Part shown: piece after piece, positions 9,516-19,896 of the stretch
Position numbering within the stretch: the stretch's first letter is position 1
Layout: each line of letters opens with the position of its first letter
DNA from: an uncultured Spirochaetota bacterium
GTDB taxonomy: Bacteria > Spirochaetota > B62-G9 > DRHN01
Direction of reading: 5' to 3'
NCBI GenBank assembly: GCA_964521865.1
Contig: CAZFTJ010000016.1
Location: 20,302-84,301, forward strand
DNA length: 64,000 nucleotides
Program-made: the position numbers and the translations under genes
The notes under the pieces: model-generated
Told to the model about the DNA's origin: nothing
The model's database searches: none
Seen by the model: the letters and a program-made list of their open reading frames with translations, nothing else

Positions 9516-10243
9516 GAAACATCGTCCTGGAGATAGCCTATGACGGAAGCCGATTTGCCGGTTTGCAGGTGCAGAATAATGCCGTGACCATACAGGGGAT
9601 CATTGAATCAGCGCTCGAGATAATTCTGAAACGGTTCGTAAGAATCAAATACGCGGGAAGAACCGATGCGGGTGTTCATGCTCTCGGGCAGGTCGTTTCA
9701 TTTTCGGCGGAAGGGGCAATGACAGGCCGGCAGTTTGTCAGGGCGCTGAATTCGCTTCTTCCGATGGATATACGGGTGCACGGCGCATTTGAAGCAGCGC
9801 CTGAATTCCATCCCCGCTACAGCGCAAAGAAGAGATGGTACCGGTATATCATAAGCACTTCGGAAGTACAGGTGCCATTTTTCAGGAATTATGCTCTCTG
9901 GATAAGGAGAAGTATTGATATTGATCTTTTGAACAGATACGCCGGAATCATTGAGGGACCGCATGATTTTACGAGTTTCGCCCGGTGCGAGCCCGGTCAA
10001 AACCCCCTTCGGGAGATGTATGAGTGCCGGATATGCAGAAAGGGTGATTTTGTTGTACTGGATTTTGTCGCAAACAGCTTTTTGAGAAAGATGGTTCGAA
10101 CGATAATCGGCACCTTCCTGGAGCTCGAGCGGGAAGGGGAATCTCCCCATCGGATCGAAGAGATACTTCATGCGGTGAACAGGTCACAGGCAGGAAAAAC
10201 GGTTTTCCCAGGCGGGTTGTATCTGATGAAGGTGTTCTACTAA
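9512..10243 (+). CDS. truA: tRNA pseudouridine(38-40) synthase
   Basis: IAYDGSRFAG, AGRTDAGVHA, HDFTSF, FLRKMVR. Confidence 0.97.
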   Translation: MRNIVLEIAYDGSRFAGLQVQNNAVTIQGIIESALEIILKRFVRIKYAGRTDAGVHALGQVVSFSAEGAMTGRQFVRALNSLLPMDIRVHGAFEAAPEFHPRYSAKKRWYRYIISTSEVQVPFFRNYALWIRRSIDIDLLNRYAGIIEGPHDFTSFARCEPGQNPLREMYECRICRKGDFVVLDFVANSFLRKMVRTIIGTFLELEREGESPHRIEEILHAVNRSQAGKTVFPGGLYLMKVFY

Positions 10244-10261
10244 AGAAACAGGATTACTTGT

Positions 10262-11611
10262 ATGGTTGCAGTCATCATAGTTCTATTGGTTGTCATTCCT
10301 CTGATCGTCGCCGCCTTCGTTATCAGAGCGCAGACGAGAAGCAAGCTCGAGAAAGCGCTGAAACTAATTGAAGATGGGGAGTATGAGCGCGCTCTCGGTA
10401 TATTAAATGAGCTTTCAAAAAAAAACCCCGGGAACCGTTCCTACAACTGGTATCGGGGGCTGTGTTATGAAAAACTGGAAAATCTGGAAATGGCGCTTGT
10501 CGAATTCAACAATGCCTCTTTCAGTACAACATTCAGGCATCCCCTCAACGAAGTCGAGATTCACAGAAAAATAGCGAATATAAACCTCAATCTGGGAAAT
10601 GATAAAAAAGCTGAAAGCGAGTTTTTACTCATTGCAACGCTCGATTCGGCGGATTCTGATGATAGGGCCGAAGCATACTACTATCTCGGCATTATTTTGA
10701 GAAACAGGAACGAGCTTCAGAAAGGGGTCGATTATTTTACCCGCGCCATTCAGCTCAGACCGAACTTTCCGCAGGCCTATCTCGAGCTCGGAAAATTGAA
10801 TTATCAGCTCACCAACTTTGAAGCCGCCAGAAAGGCTCTTTTAAAGGCAGTTTCGGATGATTCCGACCTCGTGGAGGCGCATTTTTATTACGGTGTGCTA
10901 CTCGAGAAGGACAGGAGCTTCAAGAAGAGCATAGAAGAGTTTGAAATTGCAATGCAGGACGATCGGTTTAAATTCAACAGTTATTTTCATCTCGCCCTGA
11001 TACATATGGAACTTTTCGATAGGGAGCTTGCGTTTGATTTTTTCGAGAAGGCGCTCGAGCTCTCAACCCCGGATCAGCAGATGCTGCTGGACTTAAAATA
11101 CAGGTACGCAAACTTTCTCGTCGATGCCGGAAATATCAACAGGGCTATTGACCTATGGAATCAGCTACAATCGGCACAGCCCGGATACAAGGACACGGAA
11201 AGCAAGTTGAGGATTTACATCGAGGTCAGCAGAAGCGTAAACCTCTCCCGTTTTATCACGTCTGCGAAACAGGAGTTCCTGGAGACCGGGCGTGCGCTTT
11301 GTGAGCTTTTGCATGTACATGTTGAGGATCACAGGTTCGGCGAAGAGAATTTCATCGAGTTCAAAGGCATGCTGTCTCTGGGCGGAGGTGAGAGGATGTG
11401 CATCGTTCATCTCGTTCGCTGGACCAACCAGGTCGGAGAAATTCCCGTACGAGAGCTTTTGGAGAGAATGACGGGGGAAAACGCACCGCGGGGAATATTC
11501 ATCACGTCTTCACAGTATTCAGAAAAGGCGCTGGAACTTTCGAACATTCGTCCCATAGAACTTATCGCACGAGAGCGGCTCGAGAGATTGCTGACAAAGG
11601 TATACGGGTAG
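10262..11611 (+). CDS. Membrane-anchored TPR protein with a C-terminal Mrr-like domain
   Basis: N-terminal TM, multiple TPR repeats, C-terminal VGEIPVREL...GIFITSSQYSEKA...IELI. Confidence 0.75.
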   Translation: MVAVIIVLLVVIPLIVAAFVIRAQTRSKLEKALKLIEDGEYERALGILNELSKKNPGNRSYNWYRGLCYEKLENLEMALVEFNNASFSTTFRHPLNEVEIHRKIANINLNLGNDKKAESEFLLIATLDSADSDDRAEAYYYLGIILRNRNELQKGVDYFTRAIQLRPNFPQAYLELGKLNYQLTNFEAARKALLKAVSDDSDLVEAHFYYGVLLEKDRSFKKSIEEFEIAMQDDRFKFNSYFHLALIHMELFDRELAFDFFEKALELSTPDQQMLLDLKYRYANFLVDAGNINRAIDLWNQLQSAQPGYKDTESKLRIYIEVSRSVNLSRFITSAKQEFLETGRALCELLHVHVEDHRFGEENFIEFKGMLSLGGGERMCIVHLVRWTNQVGEIPVRELLERMTGENAPRGIFITSSQYSEKALELSNIRPIELIARERLERLLTKVYG

Positions 11612-11775
11612 CCCATTTCGCTTTTTCCCTTCAGATTGTAATTTTTTATTGGAATTTTTGTGATTTGTGTTTATATTTCTACGCTGTCGGAGAAGCTCTA
11701 TTACATGAATTTCAATAAAATGCCGGAATTTCGTACGGCGCCCATTTTGAATCCTTTTCATGAAGCTGAGAGAGT

Positions 11776-12147
11776 ATGGAGGTGATTATGAAAAAAAGGG
11801 TTATGGATTCCATACGGAAAAAGCTGCTCTGGAAGATGAACGATATACTGGATATGTTTGAAAAGGAGGAACTTGAAGAGATCGGAGAAGTAGAGAGTGA
11901 GAATGTAATCGGCGATATAGTCGATAAAGCGAATACAGTGTATGAAATGCAGATAAACGAGAAGCTCAATGAGACCGAGCGTGTCAAGCTTCTGGAAATT
12001 CAGGAGGCTCTGAAAAGAATAGAAGAAGGTGTGTATGGAAGATGTGTGGTATGCGGGAAGCAGATTGAAGAGAAGAGACTTCTCGCGATTCCGGAAGCGA
12101 AGATGTGTATTCAGTGCAAGGCCGCTGCGGAGAGGAAAAAGTTCTGA
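11776..12147 (+). CDS. dksA: TraR/DksA family C4 zinc-finger regulator
   Basis: DIVDKA coiled-coil tip; CVVC...RLLAIPEAKMCIQC. Confidence 0.85.
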   Translation: MEVIMKKRVMDSIRKKLLWKMNDILDMFEKEELEEIGEVESENVIGDIVDKANTVYEMQINEKLNETERVKLLEIQEALKRIEEGVYGRCVVCGKQIEEKRLLAIPEAKMCIQCKAAAERKKF

Positions 12148-12193
12148 TCCGGCCGGCGGAGTCGGTTTCCCGTCGGCAGGGAGGGCGGGTATC

Positions 12194-12850
12194 TTGAATA
12201 TTAAAAAGGAGTACAGCTCCCTCATTGACGACGCCCTGCAGTATATAGGGACCGGATTCAGGAGAAAACGGACAAACGGCTCTTCAAAAGTCGAGCTGAT
12301 GCGTGAAATCGAGGGGCAGGTGAGAGAATGCCGGAAGTGCCGTCTGTACGCCGGAAGGAGGATGGCGGTTGCAGGGGAGGGAAACTGCGATGCCGATATT
12401 CTCCTGATTGGTGAAGGGCCGGGAGCCCGGGAGGATGCAACCGGGAGGCCTTTTATCGGCAAGGCAGGACAGCTTCTTACCCGCATGCTTGCCGCCATTA
12501 AACTGACAAGAGAAGAGGTGTATATTACCAATATTGTCAAGTGCCGACCCCCAGAAAACCGCGACCCGTTCCCCGAAGAAGTGCAAACATGCCTGCCCTA
12601 TCTTGAACGGCAGATAGAAATCGTTCAGCCCCTCGTTATTGTATGCCTCGGCCTCCCCGCACTCCGAACGCTCACCGGAACGAATCAGGGAATTTCCAGA
12701 CTGCGGGGAACATTTCAACAGTACAGAGGGTATCCCGTCCTGCCGACCTATCATCCGGCAGCGGTTTTACGTTTTCCCGAAAAATACAAACGTCTGGTAT
12801 GGAATGATCTCAAAATGCTCAGGGATTACTACACGGATGTGAAAAAGTAG
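12194..12850 (+). CDS. Uracil-DNA glycosylase, family 4
   Basis: CRKCRL, GEGPG..ED..GRPFIGKAG, NIVKCRPPENR, TYHPAA. Start moved to TTG 12194 after GGAGGG. Confidence 0.93.
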   Translation: MNIKKEYSSLIDDALQYIGTGFRRKRTNGSSKVELMREIEGQVRECRKCRLYAGRRMAVAGEGNCDADILLIGEGPGAREDATGRPFIGKAGQLLTRMLAAIKLTREEVYITNIVKCRPPENRDPFPEEVQTCLPYLERQIEIVQPLVIVCLGLPALRTLTGTNQGISRLRGTFQQYRGYPVLPTYHPAAVLRFPEKYKRLVWNDLKMLRDYYTDVKK

Positions 12851-14905
12851 ATGTTCGCAGATGTTGCATTCAACAGGCCTATTGAACCTCTCACCTACGA
12901 AGTACCGCGGGGTATCGATGTAAAACCCGGGATGCGTGTACGGGCAAACCTCAGAAACAGAGATTCCGTCGGGATTGTATACCGGCTTGCAGACGAGACC
13001 CGGCTGACCAGAGTGAAAGAGATAGAGGAGGTGTTTGACAGAGAACCGGTTCTCAATGAAGACCTCTTCGAAACAGCTAGATGGTTGGCACACTACTACC
13101 TCTGCTCCATAGGAGAGGCTCTGTGGACGATTGTGCCGAAGGGCATCAAGCGGAGGGACAGGAAGCTGCAGTTTCAGGATGACTTTCCTCCCGAAACGGG
13201 GTTTTTGCTGACATCCGATCAAGAACGGGTTCTGGAAGTACTGTTGCAACCTCTGAAAACCGGCACGGGAGAGAACTTTCTGCTCCACGGTGTGACGGGA
13301 AGCGGGAAGACGGAGATATATCTCCGGATCATTCATGAAGTTGTTCGCCGGGATCTGGGTGCTATTCTTCTCGTGCCGGAGATATCGCTCACACCGCAGA
13401 CGGTTCGGTACTTTTCGAGGAGAGTGGGAGACACACTCGCCCTTCTCCATTCGAGGCTTACGAAGGCGGAGAAAATAAACGAGTGGTACAGGATACTTTC
13501 CGGTGAGAAGCGGATTGTAATCGGAGCCCGTTCGGCAATCTTCGCCCCTCTCGACCGAATCGGGATCATCATTATTGATGAAGAGCATGAAACGAGCTAT
13601 AAATCGGATGAAACGCCCCGCTACAGTGCACGCAGCGTGGCATTCTTCAGATCGAAGCGACACAACGCTTCACTCGTTCTGGGCAGCGCCACACCGTCTG
13701 TCGAATCCTACTACCTTGCCAAGCAGCAGAAACTGAAGCTGCTCCATCTCCCGGAGCGGGTGTTGAATCAGAAGCTGCCGAAGACGCATATCAGCGATCT
13801 GAGGAAGGCTCGGAGCGAGAAGTATGTCTCACGACCTCTGCTTGGTGCGATCGAAGCCAGGCTCAGGCGAAGCGAGCAGATCATCCTGTTTTTGAACAGG
13901 CGCGGCTTCTCTCCCCACGTGTATTGTGAAAACTGCGGTCATGTGTTTCGCTGCGAAAATTGCGATATAACCCTTACCTATCACAAACATATGGGTAAAA
14001 TGATATGCCATTACTGCGGGTATTCGATATCGCCCCCGGACTCTTGTCCAAATTGCGGGTACGAAGGAATCGGGTTTTCGGGTTTCGGCACGGAAAAGAT
14101 TGAAAAGATACTCAATGAGCATTATCCCGGGGCGGTAATTGTCCGTATGGACACCGATACGGTAAAGAAGCGAACCGCTATTTCCCAGATACTCACTGCA
14201 TTTGCAAAGAAGCAGATCGATATTCTCCTCGGTACGCAGATCGTGTCGAAGGGCCTGCATTTTCCGAATGTAACACTCGTCGGTGTGCTCAATGCGGATA
14301 TTCCGCTGAACTTTCCCGATTTCCGTGCTGCGGAACGGACATTCAACCTCATCACCCAGGTCTCGGGTAGGGCCGGAAGAAGCGAAAAAGGCGGTGAGGT
14401 CATAATTCAGACGTATAATCCTGTCCACTACGCGATACAGACGGCGAAAAGCCAGGACTACGAGGAATTTTTTACACGGGAGATAAAGTTCAGACAGGCG
14501 CTCAACTATCCGCCATTCTGCAGGATCATACGTCTCGTATTCAGAGGCAGGAACGCCGCGTATCTGATGGACCTCGGCAGGAACGCTGTTTCATTCTTGA
14601 CCGATCGGCTGCAGACGGCCGGTACACCTGACGGAAAAAGGAGTGCTGAAAACGGGAGCACGCTTTCGGAAATTTCAGCGGGTGTGCAGTCATCGAGACG
14701 GAAGACACACCTTTCATCGGTATCAATGCTCGGTCCCATCGAGTGCCCCATTTCCCGCATGAAGACCTACAACAGGATACATGTCATTATAAAGACGAGT
14801 AAGATTGGGCCCGTTCTACCGCTCATAAAGGATTTTCAGCAGAGCGTGCGTATACAGGCCGACTGCTACATGGAAATAGACATCGACCCGATCTCAATGT
14901 TGTAG
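12851..14905 (+). CDS. priA: Primosomal protein N'
   Basis: HGVTGSGKT, DEEHE, two CxxC pairs, GTEK, DFRAAER, QVSGRAGR. Confidence 0.97.
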   Translation: MFADVAFNRPIEPLTYEVPRGIDVKPGMRVRANLRNRDSVGIVYRLADETRLTRVKEIEEVFDREPVLNEDLFETARWLAHYYLCSIGEALWTIVPKGIKRRDRKLQFQDDFPPETGFLLTSDQERVLEVLLQPLKTGTGENFLLHGVTGSGKTEIYLRIIHEVVRRDLGAILLVPEISLTPQTVRYFSRRVGDTLALLHSRLTKAEKINEWYRILSGEKRIVIGARSAIFAPLDRIGIIIIDEEHETSYKSDETPRYSARSVAFFRSKRHNASLVLGSATPSVESYYLAKQQKLKLLHLPERVLNQKLPKTHISDLRKARSEKYVSRPLLGAIEARLRRSEQIILFLNRRGFSPHVYCENCGHVFRCENCDITLTYHKHMGKMICHYCGYSISPPDSCPNCGYEGIGFSGFGTEKIEKILNEHYPGAVIVRMDTDTVKKRTAISQILTAFAKKQIDILLGTQIVSKGLHFPNVTLVGVLNADIPLNFPDFRAAERTFNLITQVSGRAGRSEKGGEVIIQTYNPVHYAIQTAKSQDYEEFFTREIKFRQALNYPPFCRIIRLVFRGRNAAYLMDLGRNAVSFLTDRLQTAGTPDGKRSAENGSTLSEISAGVQSSRRKTHLSSVSMLGPIECPISRMKTYNRIHVIIKTSKIGPVLPLIKDFQQSVRIQADCYMEIDIDPISML

Positions 14906-15154
14906 CACCGGAAGGCTCAGCCGCTGTTTCCCGCGTTCTTCGGAGAATTGCATCGCCCTGTCGAGCGGCGCACAGCGTACACATTCCTCCTGCATGTGTT
15001 CGGCCTGATGAGGCGGACATAGCGCATGCGCACGGCAAAATACCTGCATTCCCCCCACAGAGCGATTCTTTATGTATTGATGGCACCTTGAATATTGATT
15101 AAATTATGATAAAAACAACCGGACAGGTGACGGTTTATATGTTTACCTGTCCCG

Positions 15155-15679
15155 ATGTATACCATGAATACAGTACAAATAGTAAAATACCCGGATCCCT
15201 TTTTGCGTCTGCACGCTTCGGATGTGGAGTACGTCGATGAGGAAATCAGCGCTCTTATTGAAAACATGTTTCAGGTCATGAAAGAGGAGCGGGGGATCGG
15301 GCTGGCGGCCCCCCAGGTCGGCGTATCGAAACGGGTTATAGTTGTTTCCATCGAGGAGAAAGGCGTCGACAGACTGGCGCTCATCAACCCGGTAATCGAA
15401 TACCTATCCGAAAAGACGGACGTGATGGAGGAGGGGTGTCTCAGTATACCCGGCGTCAATGCAGATGTCGTGCGGTCGGTCGATGCAGTGGTGCGAGGCA
15501 TGACAAAGAGCGGTAGGATAATTGAGATGGAGGCTCATGATCTGTTCGCCAGGGTACTGCAGCATGAAACGGATCACCTTAACGGTGTGTTGTTCATCGA
15601 CAGGCTGGATCCGAACCAAAAAAAGAGGGTCGCATCGGAGTTGAGAGATCTCGAAAATCAGTTTGCCTCTCTAACCTGA
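15155..15679 (+). CDS. def: Peptide deformylase
   Basis: GIGLAAPQVG, EGCLS, QHETDH. Confidence 0.97.
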   Translation: MYTMNTVQIVKYPDPFLRLHASDVEYVDEEISALIENMFQVMKEERGIGLAAPQVGVSKRVIVVSIEEKGVDRLALINPVIEYLSEKTDVMEEGCLSIPGVNADVVRSVDAVVRGMTKSGRIIEMEAHDLFARVLQHETDHLNGVLFIDRLDPNQKKRVASELRDLENQFASLT

Positions 15680-15776
15680 CAGGGATACTATTCACCGCAG
15701 TGTATGTATGAATCGGAATTGGAATTTATTTCTTTTTTTTGTGTCGATCGCCGTAATCTTTCGGGCCCGGGTATCT

Positions 15777-16733
15777 ATGAATCAGAATCCGAACATTGCC
15801 TTCTTTGGATCTCCGCTGCTTGCCGCGGAATGCCTTCGCCGGCTCATTAAATCATTTACCGTCTCCATGGTCATTACAAAGCCCGATCGGAAAGCGGGAA
15901 GGGGGATGAAGCCCGTCGCAACTCCGGTAAAAGAGGCCGCCGTCGATCACGGCATCGATGTTTATCAGCCTGAAAGGCCGGATGAAGACCTCGTGCAGAG
16001 TATGGCCGTGCATCGTGTGGACCTCATTGTTGTGGCTGCGTACGGAAAAATACTCCCGGAATCCGTTATTGCCCATCCTGCACTGGGGGGCTTCAACCTT
16101 CATACGTCGCTTTTACCGAAATACCGCGGACCGTCTCCCATTGAAGCTTCGATCCTTAACGGAGAAAAAAACACCGGCATCACGGTCCAGGTCATGACCG
16201 GAAAGATGGATGCAGGCGACATTCTATCGCAGAAGGTGATTCCCCTGACGCTTGACATGAATGCCTCGGACCTACTGAAAGAAATAATACGCATCGCCCC
16301 GGAATTTCTTCTGCAATCCGTCCTCCGGTACGCGGAAGGTGTACTCCGGCCGCAACCTCAGAACGAATCGGAGGCGACCTACTGCGCGCAGATACGGAAA
16401 GAAGACGGATGGATCGACTGGCACGACAGCGCATCAGTCATCTTGAACAGGATCAGGGCATTTGATATATGGCCGGTCGCTTGCTCGATGCTCGAGGGGA
16501 AGCGCGTGAGAGTGTACCGGGCCCGCGTCGCGGACCTGCCCACTGATGAAGATGCATTGCCGGGACAGATAGTCGGCCTTGACAGAAATAAGGGGGTCCT
16601 CGTCCAGACTGGCGGGGGGATTATCGGTCTTTTGGAATTGCAGCCGGAAAACAGGAAGAGGATGGGGTTCAGGCAGTTTATAAACGGCTACCGGGGCATA
16701 GAGGGGAAACGTTTGAGGACTCCCGGCAGGTGA
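15777..16733 (+). CDS. fmt: Methionyl-tRNA formyltransferase
   Basis: FNLHTSLLPKYRGPSPI, MDAGDI, follows def. Start moved to ATG 15777. Confidence 0.95.
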   Translation: MNQNPNIAFFGSPLLAAECLRRLIKSFTVSMVITKPDRKAGRGMKPVATPVKEAAVDHGIDVYQPERPDEDLVQSMAVHRVDLIVVAAYGKILPESVIAHPALGGFNLHTSLLPKYRGPSPIEASILNGEKNTGITVQVMTGKMDAGDILSQKVIPLTLDMNASDLLKEIIRIAPEFLLQSVLRYAEGVLRPQPQNESEATYCAQIRKEDGWIDWHDSASVILNRIRAFDIWPVACSMLEGKRVRVYRARVADLPTDEDALPGQIVGLDRNKGVLVQTGGGIIGLLELQPENRKRMGFRQFINGYRGIEGKRLRTPGR

Positions 16734-16846
16734 TGCATCGAAGCGACCCGGACTTAACGGTGCGAAGACGAACAGCTTTTCGGTATCCGGTATTTGCCTT
16801 ATTTAAAAATGATTGATATACTTACACACACATACGGCCGAGGGGA

Positions 16847-17881
16847 TTGATGGGTGATTTTTTAAAAAGAGTGAAGGGTGTTTTCCGCATATTCAACAAC
16901 TATGTGGTAACCAATTCCAGGCTGATTATTCGAAACGTCATTATTATACTTTTCCTGGCCGTTGTGGTGCTTGTTTCGGTTTCAATACTTGTATTCGTCA
17001 TCGTCAGAAAAGGCCCTCCTGAAGTGAGCGTTCCAAAAGTAACGAGCAAGGACCTCATTGAAGGGCTCCTCATACTGCAGAAGAAAAAGCTCAACAGTAC
17101 GATCGATCCGAGGTACTTCAGCGACAAGGAGAAAAATATTATTGTAGAGCAGGAACCGAAACCGGGGAGTTCCGTGCGGGAGGGGAAATCCATAAAGCTC
17201 GTTGTGAGCAAGGGCCCGATAATATCAATAGTCGAGGATTATACCGGCAAGACTGTTGCCTTCGTACAGAACCGGCTCCAGGAAATATTTTCATTTCAGG
17301 GTAAAACAATCAAAATCGGTACTGTCGCAACGATTGCTTCCAAAGAGCCCGCAGGGACGATCATCGGTCAATCGCCGCCTCCGAATACCCCCATCACCAA
17401 TGTGGATACGATCGATCTCGTGGTCAGCAAGGGGCCGGAGATACAGGCCTTTTATCTCGGCAATTACATCGACCAGAACATAAACGATGTAATGCAGACG
17501 CTCGCCCTGCGCGGTGTACTTGTGAACATCATTCCCGAGGATACAAACGACCCGGCACAAAACGGTATTATTATCGCTCAGGAGCCTCCGGAGGGAACGA
17601 TTGTAAAGCGAAACGAGAGCGTCACCTTCTACGTGGGCTACCTTCCGTCGGAGAAGGAAAAGGACAAGCTCTATGCCCGCGTTCTCAACTTCGACGTGCC
17701 CCAGGATCTTAAAAAGGCACGCGTCCGCATCGTCGTCAAGGATAAGATCGGCGAAAGAGAGATATACAACGACGAAAACAGCGGCGGCGACAGCCTCTCC
17801 ATTCCCTTCAAGAGCTACTCAAATACAACGGTGTACATCTATCTCGATGATGGGGTGTATGAAGTAAGAAAGATACAGTAG
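16847..17881 (+). CDS. PASTA domain-containing membrane protein
   Basis: One TM helix followed by three PASTA-like repeats (EQEPKPG...LVVSKG; QSPPPN...LVVSKG; QEPPEG). Confidence 0.85.
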   Translation: MMGDFLKRVKGVFRIFNNYVVTNSRLIIRNVIIILFLAVVVLVSVSILVFVIVRKGPPEVSVPKVTSKDLIEGLLILQKKKLNSTIDPRYFSDKEKNIIVEQEPKPGSSVREGKSIKLVVSKGPIISIVEDYTGKTVAFVQNRLQEIFSFQGKTIKIGTVATIASKEPAGTIIGQSPPPNTPITNVDTIDLVVSKGPEIQAFYLGNYIDQNINDVMQTLALRGVLVNIIPEDTNDPAQNGIIIAQEPPEGTIVKRNESVTFYVGYLPSEKEKDKLYARVLNFDVPQDLKKARVRIVVKDKIGEREIYNDENSGGDSLSIPFKSYSNTTVYIYLDDGVYEVRKIQ

Positions 17882-18105
17882 TATGTTCTTTGTGAGACGC
17901 TTTTCCCGGAACACTGCTTCATGTTTGTTCGGTCCGGATGCTGAATATTCATCAGGCCGCCGGGACGTGCAATTCACTTTTAAAATCGAAACGCAGAGTG
18001 TATGCGGGTTGCCTTGACAAATGGCGTACAGGCGGTTACCCTATCATCAATGAACCCCTGCCGAAAGGTCAAGCGGTTCTATTTCCTCCTGCAGCGGCAG
18101 TAACA

Positions 18106-19884
18106 ATGCTGAAAATCATCAGATTCAGACTGAGCCTGAAGATATTTTTCTCTTTCCTTCTAATCATAATCGTACCTGCGCTTATCTCCTTTTTAATCAG
18201 TTATTCACTTGTCAAGAGAACAATAGAGTATGAAGTATCGCTCAGGCTGAAAGCGAGCATGCAGGGATTTGATGAAGAGATAAAATCAATCGAAGAGAAA
18301 TGTCTGAATGTGGCGAACACGCTCGCTGAGGATGATGAAATTCGCGGTATGGTGAGAAGAAAGGAATACGACAACCTCAAAAAAAAGCTCATGGAAATAT
18401 ACAGGCTAGGGGCTGTCGACATTATCGAGCTCGAGAATATACACGGCCAGGTGCTCTTGAGAGGACATAATCCGGATCTGGCGGGAGACATAAAGGTGGA
18501 CCAGGATATCGTTAAAAAAGGGCTGGAGGGAAAAAGCGTGGTAAGCTATGAAAGGGGGAAATCCGGATTTGCCGTGAGGGCGGTTTCCCCAATTCAGGAA
18601 GACGGCGTCACCATCGGGCTTATTATGGCGGGCAATCTCTTTTCAGAAAGGTTTGTAAATCAGATTAAAGATCTGACAGGTATGGATAGTGCCGTATACA
18701 AGGGGCATGCCAAAATAATTTCGACCTTTTCCGGACTCGATACTCTCAAGCAGCCTCTTGCCAGCAGACTGATAAAAGACGAAATGGTTGTGATGAAAGA
18801 ATCCGACATAGCTAATGAGCCCTACTATGTGATTTTTAAGCCCCTGTTTCTCAAGGATGGGACATACTGGGGCGGGCTGGCACTGGCCATGTCGAGGCGT
18901 GAAGGGGAGCGCTACCTTCGTTATTCGGTGAATACACTTTTATTCATGACAGCAGGAGGTGTATTCATAGCGCTTCTCATCTATATTCTGCTTGCAAAAA
19001 ACATAAACACATCCCTAAAAAAAATTATCACCGGGATAAACAGCATTAATATGAGCAATTTTTCAACGCGGATTGATATCAAGCGGAAGGACGAGTTCGG
19101 AAGTATCGCAGACAGCCTGAACCGGATGGTAAAGAAAATCCGTCTCTATAACAGAAGGATAAAAAAGCTCCAGGATGAGATGATCAAGTCCGCCAAGCTC
19201 AATACTGCAGGCCAGATAGCTGCCGGGATCGCCCATGAGATTCGGAATCCTTTGAGCTCCATTAAAATGATGGTGCAGGTTTTGAAAAACCGTTATGTGC
19301 CGGTGAAAGGTGCTCATGAAACAGCGGTGATAATGAATGAGATAGACAGAATCAACAAGCTGGTAAAGGAGCTTTTGGAATATTCGAAACCGAGCCCCAT
19401 GCATTTCATCAAGCAGGACATACACCGGATTATCAACGATTCACTCGATATCCTTCAATACAATATAAAGCATCAGAATATCGAGATTAGAAAGCGGTTT
19501 TGGCAGGGGCTTCCTCTTGTCGATCTCGACCCCGAGAAGGTTCAGATCGTTTTCATCAATCTTATTATAAACGCGTTCGAGGCCATGCCGGACGGAGGAG
19601 AGCTTGCGATAGAAACGGCGCAGGAGAGTGAAGAACGAATACGCGTTCAATTTTGCAATACAGGTGGAAGTATTGACAAAGCGGACCTTGATTTCATTTT
19701 CGAACCCTTTTTCACCACGAAAAAGGATGGAACCGGCCTGGGCCTTGCCCTGGTCAAGATGGTTGTGGAGAGACATTTCGGCAGGGTGGAGGTGAAAAGC
19801 GGCGGGGGTGAAACCTGCTTCACAATTTTCTTTCCCGTGCGGAGGCCGGATGCAGAAAGGCCGGGATACTTTCAATTGAAATAG
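18106..19884 (+). CDS. Sensor histidine kinase (Cache-like sensor, HAMP, HisKA, HATPase)
   Basis: Two TM segments, HAMP (DEFGSIADSLNRM), H-box AHEIRNPL, FEPFFTTK..GTGLGL. Start moved to ATG 18106. Confidence 0.92.
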   Translation: MLKIIRFRLSLKIFFSFLLIIIVPALISFLISYSLVKRTIEYEVSLRLKASMQGFDEEIKSIEEKCLNVANTLAEDDEIRGMVRRKEYDNLKKKLMEIYRLGAVDIIELENIHGQVLLRGHNPDLAGDIKVDQDIVKKGLEGKSVVSYERGKSGFAVRAVSPIQEDGVTIGLIMAGNLFSERFVNQIKDLTGMDSAVYKGHAKIISTFSGLDTLKQPLASRLIKDEMVVMKESDIANEPYYVIFKPLFLKDGTYWGGLALAMSRREGERYLRYSVNTLLFMTAGGVFIALLIYILLAKNINTSLKKIITGINSINMSNFSTRIDIKRKDEFGSIADSLNRMVKKIRLYNRRIKKLQDEMIKSAKLNTAGQIAAGIAHEIRNPLSSIKMMVQVLKNRYVPVKGAHETAVIMNEIDRINKLVKELLEYSKPSPMHFIKQDIHRIINDSLDILQYNIKHQNIEIRKRFWQGLPLVDLDPEKVQIVFINLIINAFEAMPDGGELAIETAQESEERIRVQFCNTGGSIDKADLDFIFEPFFTTKKDGTGLGLALVKMVVERHFGRVEVKSGGGETCFTIFFPVRRPDAERPGYFQLK

Positions 19885-19896
19885 AGGAGAAGCGCA

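Noticed and set aside
10262-11611. Type IV restriction (defence) system
   Set aside because: Catalytic motif looks degenerate, the protein is membrane-anchored, and the context is housekeeping.
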